This document shows, in pieces, positions 34,185 to 41,103 of a stretch of DNA of 49,260 bases. The notes under the pieces are model-generated. The model had not been told where the DNA came from. It did no database searches and was given only the letters and a program-made list of their open reading frames with translations. The stretch lies in IMG/VR virus record IMGVR_UViG_3300017963_000081; one strand, 5' to 3'. Every line of letters starts with the position of its first letter. The first letter of the stretch is position 1. A program made the translations under genes and the position numbers. The DNA is from a virus.

Positions 34185-34995
34185 GATGTGGCGACGGTCC
34201 CGCCGTCAATGGTACGCGGAGATCATCGACGCGATGTATGCTTGTCTGCAAGAGTTGGGCCATGAAGTTTCCGAAGGGGATCACCTCCGCGACGACGCGA
34301 TCAACGTCGTATTCTGTTGGCAGATGTGGGAACGGATGCCGGCCCTGGAACTTTCCCGCTACCGACTCGTCGCGTTCCAATCGGAACAACTTCCGCCCGG
34401 CGGCTACCTCGAAAAAGCTCCGCCTTGGTACTTGGAGTCGTTACGCCAAGCCGAAGCGGTTTGGGACTACAGCTCGTCCAACGTTTCCGTGTTGGCTGCT
34501 CACGGAATCGCGGCGAGCTGGGTCCCTTTTTACTACCATCCTTCTCTCCAGTTTGTCCCGACCGGCAATATTAAACAGGACATTCCTATCCTGTTTTACG
34601 GGTGGAGGAGCGACAGGAGAGATAACATGATAGAGCGGCTTCGCCCGCTCAGTATCGAATACTTCCCCGCAGGGTTGTGGGGGGACTATCGAAACGCCGT
34701 CATACAACGATCAAAGATCGTATTGAACGTGCACTGGTACGAATCCGCGTTGACGCCGCACCTTCGCTTTGCTCCGCTGTTAGCAAATCGCGTCGCGATA
34801 GTGTCCGAACGATGCGTTGACAATCCCTACGGGGATGCAATCGCGGAGGCAGACTACGACGAACTCCCCGACCTGCTCCGGTATTACCTGGAGGATGAGC
34901 ACGAACGGCTTGCTCTCGCGGTGCGTGGACACTCCCGGTTCAAGAACATGAAGTTTCACCATGCTTTGCAAGAGGCGATTAAGAAGCTCCCTTAG
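34162..34995 (+). CDS. Glycosyltransferase (CgeB-like / GT1 C-terminal domain type), 277 aa
   Basis: ILFYGWRSDRRDNMIERL...SKIVLNVHWYE...LRFAPLLANRVAIVSE...YDELPDLLRYYLEDEHERLALAVRG, the pattern of Glyco_trans_1_2-type domains. Confidence 0.5.
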   Translation: MKFHLTARMWRRSRRQWYAEIIDAMYACLQELGHEVSEGDHLRDDAINVVFCWQMWERMPALELSRYRLVAFQSEQLPPGGYLEKAPPWYLESLRQAEAVWDYSSSNVSVLAAHGIAASWVPFYYHPSLQFVPTGNIKQDIPILFYGWRSDRRDNMIERLRPLSIEYFPAGLWGDYRNAVIQRSKIVLNVHWYESALTPHLRFAPLLANRVAIVSERCVDNPYGDAIAEADYDELPDLLRYYLEDEHERLALAVRGHSRFKNMKFHHALQEAIKKLP

Positions 34996-36278
34996 TCGGT
35001 CAGCGTAATCAGACGCGCGTCGGGGAGACTTGCGTTGCTGATCTTCTTGTGCGGGTCGATGATTGTGCCCAACACGACGCCGGAGGCGGTTGTAATCGTG
35101 ACGGCATCGACCGCCTGCGAAGCATCGAAGGTTGCTTCTTCGTTGCTCATAACGAGTGTTCCAATGTCGGGAGAACTGCCGCCGCTCTGGCACTCTACCG
35201 TTCCGGGTCCGCTGATGGTGATGGTTCCCGCGACGGTGCAGCCCTTCAACATACGGAACGTCCCGGATTGGACGGTGATGGTGGTGCTTGCGTGTGCCAC
35301 CGCAGGTTCGATGATCAACGTTCCTCCGAGAACTTGAATCGTTGCCGCTGTACTTCCGATGGTTGTGGGGTTCCAGATAGTCAACGTCCCACCACTGACT
35401 TCAATCTCCGAACCATCGAGCGTGCTTGCCGCTCCACCTTCTTTACTAATCTCAACCGTCCCGCCGCGGACTTCAATATCGGTACCGCCCGTCGTTCCGA
35501 TCAATTGCAACGCGGCGCGGTTGGTATCCAAAGCTCCACCAGTGTTGTGAACCACAATCGCCATCGCACTGGTGAGCGATTTGATTCGCATCCGACCGGA
35601 GCCGCTCCCATCACCGCGACCGATAGTCAACGCGGTTGCGTCCAGCTCTAGATGCCGATCCAAAAACTCCGCATACCCGTTGGGGTTGTCATCTGGGAGA
35701 CCGATAGTGGACGGCCCGAAGCTCTGGTCGATGTACACGTGCGCGAGCGGTGTGGTCAGTCCGTTCAACGCATCAAGGTCATAAAGAATGGGCGGCCCGC
35801 CTTGGATGTACAACGTATCTCCATCCGACGGTGCAGCGGGGGAACCTCCCGCGTTGTCTTCGTAATTGGCCGCCGCTCCCCAAACGTTCGGTCCCGCGTT
35901 CGCGGTGACGCTACCCTTGGTGATTGTGCCCGAGCCGGTCTTGGCTACGCCAAGCTGCGACGCTCCCGCGACATCTTCGTCAAACGGTGTGCCGGGCGTG
36001 TCCGCTGTCAGGTACACAAGACCGCTCCCTTCATCCGACGCGGTAATTCCGACCGCTCGCGGAGTGGTGCTCGCGTTGAATGCCGCGACTAGCCCCGCCG
36101 CAACATCGCTGACCGTGGGCGAAGCGGCTGTTTCCTGGTACGTCACCCGTCCCACCTCGACGCTGTCGTGATAGAAAACGATGGAGTACGTATCGTTCTG
36201 TGCGGGGGAGCCGCCAATTGTAACGCTGATGACTTGTGCGACGGGTTCGGCCCGTCCGGTCCAACGAAGCGTGGCCAT
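34992..36278 (-). CDS. Beta-helical repeat protein (fibre/adhesin-like), 428 aa
   Basis: ORF track. The C-terminal two thirds are G/T/A-rich with repeats such as GGTLTIWNP, GGTLIIEP and SGTFRMLKG. Confidence 0.5.
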   Translation of the reverse strand: MATLRWTGRAEPVAQVISVTIGGSPAQNDTYSIVFYHDSVEVGRVTYQETAASPTVSDVAAGLVAAFNASTTPRAVGITASDEGSGLVYLTADTPGTPFDEDVAGASQLGVAKTGSGTITKGSVTANAGPNVWGAAANYEDNAGGSPAAPSDGDTLYIQGGPPILYDLDALNGLTTPLAHVYIDQSFGPSTIGLPDDNPNGYAEFLDRHLELDATALTIGRGDGSGSGRMRIKSLTSAMAIVVHNTGGALDTNRAALQLIGTTGGTDIEVRGGTVEISKEGGAASTLDGSEIEVSGGTLTIWNPTTIGSTAATIQVLGGTLIIEPAVAHASTTITVQSGTFRMLKGCTVAGTITISGPGTVECQSGGSSPDIGTLVMSNEEATFDASQAVDAVTITTASGVVLGTIIDPHKKISNASLPDARLITLTD

Positions 36279-36308
36279 TGAAAAATTCCTTATGGGGTTT
36301 GTGACGCT

Positions 36309-36518
36309 TTAACCGCGCGGAGGTACTTTTCCCAGGTCCAAACCGTAAGGCCCTTTTAACCGCCGCGCCTGTCTTTGGTATCGTATCGACTTTGCCATTT
36401 GTTTTCGGACGTCAGAGCCTCGTTGGAATACACTTGGGTGCGTTCGTTTTGACGTCCCGTGTCGCGAAAACCTCTGGACAGTTTTGACAACGCTCCGACG
36501 TTTCAGTTTCTTGGCCAT
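36309..36518 (-). CDS. Small basic protein, 69 aa (MAKKLKRRS...)
   Basis: ORF track. Its SD (GGAGAG) is the reverse complement of the CTCTCC core of motif copy 7. Confidence 0.5.
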   Translation of the reverse strand: MAKKLKRRSVVKTVQRFSRHGTSKRTHPSVFQRGSDVRKQMAKSIRYQRQARRLKGPYGLDLGKVPPRG

Positions 36519-36572
36519 AGTTATCTCTCCAGTAGTCCTGACGGGACGTTCAAAAATAGACTAGTGTCTAAT
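36519..36572 (+). promoter_or_regulatory. Conserved intergenic module, copy 7. Orphan copy lying between two minus-strand genes.
   Basis: TTATCTCTCCAGtaGTCCTgacGGGACgTTCAAAAATAGACtagtGTCTaat. Confidence 0.75.
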
Positions 36573-36723
36573 AATTTTTCTTGTGGCGTCGCAGCGTTTC
36601 AGCAGCCCACTTCCGGAGCTTCTTCCCTTGCGGGGTTGTCTTGCTTGCTTTGCGCGCTTTCTTGACTTGGGTTTGAGAGTAGGCCGGAAGCCACTTCATG
36701 ATCTTGCGAAGTTTCTTTGCCAT
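36568..36723 (-). CDS. Small basic protein, 51 aa (MAKKLRKIMKWLPAYSQTQVKKARKASKTTPQGKKLRKWAAETLRRHKKNY)
   Basis: Below the ORF-track cutoff. ATG is 3 nt downstream of the DUF1580 gene stop. Shares the MAKKL(K/R) N-terminus with 36309..36518. Confidence 0.45.
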   Translation of the reverse strand: MAKKLRKIMKWLPAYSQTQVKKARKASKTTPQGKKLRKWAAETLRRHKKNY

Positions 36724-36726
36724 CGC

Positions 36727-36987
36727 TCAACTCCGTAACTGATCCTCTTGGTTCAACTTCAGGATGAACCGACCTATCGCCTCCTCCGACGTGTAGATCG
36801 TTCCTCCAACCCTTGCGGTTTCCAACCGGACGCCCCGGATGCCGCGTTTGGCCCATTTCCGGATGGTGTCAACGCTATGCGGTCCCCCCGGAATCTTTGC
36901 GTTAGCGTACCGCAATCGCACAAGCCGTTCTCTATTTGCGTCTAGCATTTTGTCCACTCCGTACCAGGTTTGTCCACTTTTATCCAT
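36727..36987 (-). CDS. DUF1580-type helix-turn-helix DNA-binding protein, 86 aa
   Basis: SVDTIRKWAKRGIRGVRLETARVGGTIYTSEEAIGRFI matches the G.RLE...VGG...TS.EA..RF signature I associate with planctomycete DUF1580 proteins. Confidence 0.6.
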   Translation of the reverse strand: MDKSGQTWYGVDKMLDANRERLVRLRYANAKIPGGPHSVDTIRKWAKRGIRGVRLETARVGGTIYTSEEAIGRFILKLNQEDQLRS

Positions 36988-37075
36988 TTTATCCTACTTT
37001 TTCCGCCCGTCCTAGACGTTGTAAAGGGGGATTGCCGAGGGGATTTCTGGTAGGATTCGGGCGGAGGCCGAGATC

Positions 37076-37207
37076 ATGATGGGAAAAACGATGCGTCGTC
37101 GGATGCGGAAACGGGTTCGAATGACGCCGAAATTCAAGCCGCCCGCTGGCGGCAGCGCTCTTCAGCGACCGGTATCGACCCGTCGCCAAATCGGTCGGAG
37201 GATGTGA
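37076..37207 (+). CDS. Small Arg/Lys-rich protein 1 of a tandem trio, 43 aa (MMGKTMRRRMRKRVRMTPKFKPPAGGSALQRPVSTRRQIGRRM)
   Basis: Below the ORF-track cutoff. GGAGG RBS. The stop overlaps the next start (TGATG). Confidence 0.45.
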   Translation: MMGKTMRRRMRKRVRMTPKFKPPAGGSALQRPVSTRRQIGRRM

Positions 37208-37359
37208 TGTTGCGTGGAAGACCTGTCTCGATGAAAACTGCTAAGAAGTTAGCTCGTCGAATGCCTGGTGGCGTTTCGGCAGTAACGCTTCGAAAGCGAC
37301 TCAATGCAAAGCCGAAGAATACGCGGAGAGCTGCAGCGCTTAAAGCGATGAAGGGTTAG
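37207..37359 (+). CDS. Small Arg/Lys-rich protein 2, 50 aa (MLRGRPVSMKTAKKLARRMPGGVSAVTLRKRLNAKPKNTRRAAALKAMKG)
   Basis: Preceded by TCGGAGGATGTGATG, the same 15-mer that precedes protein 3. Confidence 0.45.
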   Translation: MLRGRPVSMKTAKKLARRMPGGVSAVTLRKRLNAKPKNTRRAAALKAMKG

Positions 37360-37375
37360 TTGATCGGAGGATGTG

Positions 37376-37513
37376 ATGGGCGGAATGGCGATGAAACCGA
37401 AGACGAAGACCTTGCTCCGTCACGGTCAGCGTCGCAAGAAGTTCAGCCGAACGACTCGGGGTCAAATCGCCAGACTTCTCAAAGAATCGCGGAGACGCCA
37501 GAAGGGTTATTAA
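37376..37513 (+). CDS. Small Arg/Lys-rich protein 3, 45 aa (MGGMAMKPKTKTLLRHGQRRKKFSRTTRGQIARLLKESRRRQKGY)
   Basis: Preceded by TCGGAGGATGTGATG. Stop lies 1 nt before the GTG start of the scaffold/protease gene. Confidence 0.45.
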   Translation: MGGMAMKPKTKTLLRHGQRRKKFSRTTRGQIARLLKESRRRQKGY

Positions 37514-37514
37514 C

Positions 37515-38846
37515 GTGCCGTTCTTCGACAAGCAAATCTTGAAGCCTGGAACCTACAACGTCCCCGCCCCTGATGGGACGATGCAAAAGGTCCACCTCAG
37601 CGCGGAACGGTTCAAGCGGTGGGTTGACAACTTCAAGAAAATGGCCGCCGCAGGTCTAAACATCCCCGCCCCGTGGCGACACGACGAGAAAGCGATTCCT
37701 CTCCGGTTGTCGGCAGACCAGGGCGATACCGACGCTTTCCAGAACGGTGGTTTCTGGCGAGACCTTTGGGTGGACAACAACGGAACCCTTCACGGTCGCG
37801 TGGAGGTTCCGGATGAAGAGACCGCGAAGCAGAAGATCGGCAAGACCGTCCGCGAGGTCTCTCCGCTGGTCAAAGGGAAGTGGGCCGACGGAGCGGGGAA
37901 CGAATACGAGGATGCGATCACGCACATCGCGTTGGTCACGCATCCGGTGGCACAAGCTCAGGAGAACTTCACGCCTATCGCTGCGTCGCTTGCTTTCTCC
38001 CACTCGCAACTGCTGGTAGCAGACGAGGAGTTGGTGCCGCCCGAGTTGCAATTTCAAGTCGTGCAGGAACCCGCAACAGAAATGCCGGAGCCGACATCCG
38101 CATCCAACGCAACTGTCCAGGATGCGGTTGGGGTGCTCCGCGAGCTGGGGCTTAACCTGCCGGACGATACTACCCCGGAGAACATTCTGGAAAGGATAGT
38201 CACTGCGGGTCTTGCCCTTCGAAGTGAACGGGAACGATCACCCGATACGAACGCACCCCCAGTGGGCGCGACAGAGCCGAGAGGTCCAATCACGATGAGT
38301 CAACAGAATCAGACCGTACCATCCCCATCGTCGTCGGCGGGGCCGAACGCGCAGGCGGCCCCTCCGACTTCACCTCCCGCAACGGTCGCGTTGTCGCAAG
38401 AGCATCAAGCCGCTCTGAACTTCGCGAGCAAGGTAGGTCGACAGATGTACATTGACCGGATTGACAAGCTGGTCAATTCGGGACGGATCACGCCGGACTA
38501 CGCCAACAAGACGTTGTCCCCCTACCTGAGCGACTTGCGGCTGTCGTTTGACGCGGATGGCAACCCAATGTCCGGCGAGCTGGACAAGCTATTGCTTGCC
38601 CTGGAAGCATTGCCGCAGAACCAAGTGATCGGTGGATCGGTTGTCTCCGGGATCCGCAGCAACGGTCAGCAGATGTTTTCGTTGGCAACGCAACCGACCG
38701 AAGTTCCCAACGAACACTTGTGGCGGGACAACACGGCGGAGCCGTCCGAAGACGAAGCGATTGACATTGTCAATCAGCAGTTTCAGAACACCGGTCGCAG
38801 CCACTTTATCCGGGGTCCGCAACGCATGACCGGACGTCCGGTTTAA
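37515..38846 (+). CDS. Head maturation protease / scaffolding protein candidate, 443 aa
   Basis: The N-terminus FFDKQILKPGTYNVPAPDGTMQKVHLSAERFKRWVDNFKKM...IPAPWRHD resembles Mu gpI/DUF2213-type proteins. The Pro/Ala/Ser-rich middle, helical C-terminus and position upstream of the decoration and capsid genes fit. Confidence 0.45.
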   Translation: MPFFDKQILKPGTYNVPAPDGTMQKVHLSAERFKRWVDNFKKMAAAGLNIPAPWRHDEKAIPLRLSADQGDTDAFQNGGFWRDLWVDNNGTLHGRVEVPDEETAKQKIGKTVREVSPLVKGKWADGAGNEYEDAITHIALVTHPVAQAQENFTPIAASLAFSHSQLLVADEELVPPELQFQVVQEPATEMPEPTSASNATVQDAVGVLRELGLNLPDDTTPENILERIVTAGLALRSERERSPDTNAPPVGATEPRGPITMSQQNQTVPSPSSSAGPNAQAAPPTSPPATVALSQEHQAALNFASKVGRQMYIDRIDKLVNSGRITPDYANKTLSPYLSDLRLSFDADGNPMSGELDKLLLALEALPQNQVIGGSVVSGIRSNGQQMFSLATQPTEVPNEHLWRDNTAEPSEDEAIDIVNQQFQNTGRSHFIRGPQRMTGRPV

Positions 38847-38858
38847 CACGACGAATCA

Positions 38859-38917
38859 GTTTTCTTTCCAGGTAACAAACGGAAGGCCGCCGAGCGGCCC
38901 TGCAAGAGGGAAGTCCG
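38859..38917 (+). promoter_or_regulatory. Conserved intergenic module, copy 8 (diverged; hairpin sequence replaced)
   Basis: gTTTTCTTTCCAGgtaacaaacggaaGGCCGCcgaGCGGCCctgcaagagggaagtccgATG. Confidence 0.6.
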
Positions 38918-39769
38918 ATGGGTTTCGACTACACAGCATTCGCCTCCATTCCCGGAATCGAGGACGTCCGACAGACCGTCGAGTCTGAAATCTTCTGGGG
39001 CCCGTTCGAGTACAACCGTGCGTTCATCGTCCCCTGCTTCATTGACGCAAGCGGGACGCGGGACACCGGCGGCAGCCCGACCACCTTGATCCGCGCCGGA
39101 ATGCTAATGGGTCAAATCCGGTCCAGCAAACTGCTGGTCGAGTGGAACCCTGCGGGGACCGATGGGTCGGAAGAAATTTACGGCCCGCTTCTCTACTCCC
39201 AGCAAACGCAACTCCAAGGAACCGACAAAGACCGTTGGTTTGGATTCTGCGCGGTGGGTGGAAATGTCAAAGCTGCCAAGCTGCTTGTTCCTGGCGCTAG
39301 CTCCGCAGGGATCGACGGGTCCGCGTACGAGTACGAAGTGGTTCGCCAGATGGCCGGTCGATTCAACTTCGACGGTCTCTACAACGTGTACAAAACGTCA
39401 GCACTGTACGGTGGCTGGCGAAAAGTCGTTGCGAAGACCGCTGACTACACGTTGACGGTTGACGACACCGGGTGCATTTTCACCAACACCGGCGAAACCG
39501 ATCTGCTGACATTGACTCTGCCTGCGGTTGCCAACAACCGAGGTCTTCGGTACGGCGTCTACGTCACCAACGATGCTGGAATCTCCATCGCGTCTGCTGC
39601 GGGGGACGACATCGTATGCGACAACGATGCCGCCGCAGATTCGGTTACGGTTAGCACGACCGGGAAGTGTATCGGAACGTTCATCGAAATCCTCGGAGTT
39701 GGCGGCTCCGCTTGGTACACGATTACGCATCTCGCCGCCAGTGATCATGTGATTACCATCGCGACGTAA
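38918..39769 (+). CDS. Head decoration-like protein, 283 aa
   Basis: The N-terminal part (TLIRAGMLMGQIRSSKLLVEWNPAGTDGSEEIYGPLLY) resembles gpD-type decoration proteins. Gene lies immediately upstream of the gpE-like capsid gene. Confidence 0.5.
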   Translation: MGFDYTAFASIPGIEDVRQTVESEIFWGPFEYNRAFIVPCFIDASGTRDTGGSPTTLIRAGMLMGQIRSSKLLVEWNPAGTDGSEEIYGPLLYSQQTQLQGTDKDRWFGFCAVGGNVKAAKLLVPGASSAGIDGSAYEYEVVRQMAGRFNFDGLYNVYKTSALYGGWRKVVAKTADYTLTVDDTGCIFTNTGETDLLTLTLPAVANNRGLRYGVYVTNDAGISIASAAGDDIVCDNDAAADSVTVSTTGKCIGTFIEILGVGGSAWYTITHLAASDHVITIAT

Positions 39770-39817
39770 TTCGAAAACGGTTTTCAACAAAAGCTCCGCG
39801 TTTAGGAAACGGTAAAA

Positions 39818-40969
39818 ATGGCCACGAATGTAGCACTCCACCAGCTTCTGGGGTCGACCACGGTTACCCGTGCGATTAGCCAGATCAAGACGCCCATGTC
39901 GCGTCTTCAGGATTTCTTCGGCGCGGGGCCGGGCGGACCCAATACCAATCAAGTCGGCGGGAAGAACTTCGGTTGGGACATCTTCGACCGGACGCGGAGC
40001 ATTGCCACGGGACGCCCGCCAGGGACCGGACCCGCAACCATCGCACCGCAAGTGGTCGGTCACGTCTCCGCCGCCGCTTACCGCGCTCACGAGAAGATCA
40101 CCCTGCTGGAGGAAAGAATCTTCCGAACCCGCCCGATTGGAGGTCAGTGGGGTGAAGTGGACGTCCGGGGTCAAGCGTACGTCACCCGTCAAGAGCAGTA
40201 CATCGCGCAGCGATTTCGCAACAGTCGTGAGTTGATGTTGGCCGCCATGCTTCGCGGTCAGCTCTATCTTACGATCAACGGTGACGATCTTGTCCCGACG
40301 CTCGCAAGTGGCGACGTTACGATTGACTTCAAAATCCCTGCCGGTAACAAGAGCCAGCTCGACCTTACCGGGGCGGGGAGCATTATCGGGACGTCGTGGG
40401 ACACCGACGCCGACACTGACGGGACGTACGAAGGAACCATCGTTGACGACTGTCTCGATATCAACAGCGCGTTCGAGCAGCTCCACGGTTATCCCCTCCG
40501 CCACGTCTGGGTCAACAGTACCCTCATGAAATACGTGATGAACACCGCCCAACTTCAGAACGTGGCAGGGACCGCGAACCGGGTATTCACGTTGTTTCAG
40601 CCGACGGGGTTGACAAACGACGACGGCGTTGAGGACACCGGTTTCAACGTCGTTTTCGAAGCGATGCCGTGGCTGACGTGGCACGTCTACGACGGCGGCT
40701 TGGACGTCAATGGAACGTTCACCAAACTGATCGCAGATAGCACTGCGATTTTCATGCCTGACCCCGATCCTAACTGGTTCGAAATGCTGGAAGGGTCGGA
40801 AGTGGTCGCGGAAAACGTCATGGATGCGGGGAACGAACGGTTCGGCTTGCAAGCTTGGACGACGCGGGTGATCGACCCCGCGGGGTTCGACCTGAAAGCG
40901 TTGGACGTCTGCTTGCCGGCCCTTTACATTCCGAAGTGCATCGCGTATGGGACGGTGATTTTTACGTAA
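39818..40969 (+). CDS. Major capsid protein, lambda gpE-like family, 383 aa
   Basis: Length, position, and N- and C-terminal patterns (...ELMLAAMLRGQLYL..., ...VYDGGLDVNGTF...FMPDPDP..., ...LPALYIPKCIAYGTV) are typical of Phage_cap_E proteins. Confidence 0.75.
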   Translation: MATNVALHQLLGSTTVTRAISQIKTPMSRLQDFFGAGPGGPNTNQVGGKNFGWDIFDRTRSIATGRPPGTGPATIAPQVVGHVSAAAYRAHEKITLLEERIFRTRPIGGQWGEVDVRGQAYVTRQEQYIAQRFRNSRELMLAAMLRGQLYLTINGDDLVPTLASGDVTIDFKIPAGNKSQLDLTGAGSIIGTSWDTDADTDGTYEGTIVDDCLDINSAFEQLHGYPLRHVWVNSTLMKYVMNTAQLQNVAGTANRVFTLFQPTGLTNDDGVEDTGFNVVFEAMPWLTWHVYDGGLDVNGTFTKLIADSTAIFMPDPDPNWFEMLEGSEVVAENVMDAGNERFGLQAWTTRVIDPAGFDLKALDVCLPALYIPKCIAYGTVIFT

Positions 40970-41004
40970 TCGCAAGAGCATCGGAAGGCGTCTCCTTTTT
41001 CGGT

Positions 41005-41040
41005 GGGCGGGTGAGGCGAGGGACCTTGCCCGCCCTTTTT
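41005..41040 (+). terminator. Rho-independent terminator after the capsid gene
   Basis: gggcggg(tgagg)...(ccttg)cccgccc stem followed by TTTTT. Confidence 0.8.
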
Positions 41041-41103
41041 CGTGGTATTATCTCTCCAGTAGTCCCCGACGGGACGTCCGAAAACTAGTGAACAGGTGTA
41101 CAG
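41041..41103 (+). promoter_or_regulatory. Conserved intergenic module, copy 9. Starts 1 nt after the capsid terminator.
   Basis: CGTGGTATTATCTCTCCAGTAGTCCCcgacGGGACgTCCGAAAACtagtgaACAggTGTacagATG. Confidence 0.8.

Noticed and set aside
36991-37069. Complementary words ATCCTAC/GTAGGAT and TCCGCCCG/CGGGCGGA in the divergent region between the DUF1580 gene and the mini-gene trio
   Set aside because: The words are interleaved (A B ... A' B') rather than nested, so they do not form a simple hairpin. At 7-8 nt each they may be chance. No promoter consensus could be assigned here.
37110-37125. tRNA-like T-arm strings: GGTTCGAAT at about 37114 and GTTCGAATCC at about 28192
   Set aside because: Both lie inside ORFs. 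No acceptor, D or anticodon stems could be folded around them. No tRNA genes were recognised in the window.
39398-40981. 527-aa ORF on the minus strand, the longest antisense ORF in the window
   Set aside because: It is antisense to the decoration-like and gpE-like capsid genes, which have family-level signatures, proper RBSs and a downstream terminator. Its translation is R/V/G/P-rich low-complexity sequence, typical of shadow ORFs in GC-rich DNA.
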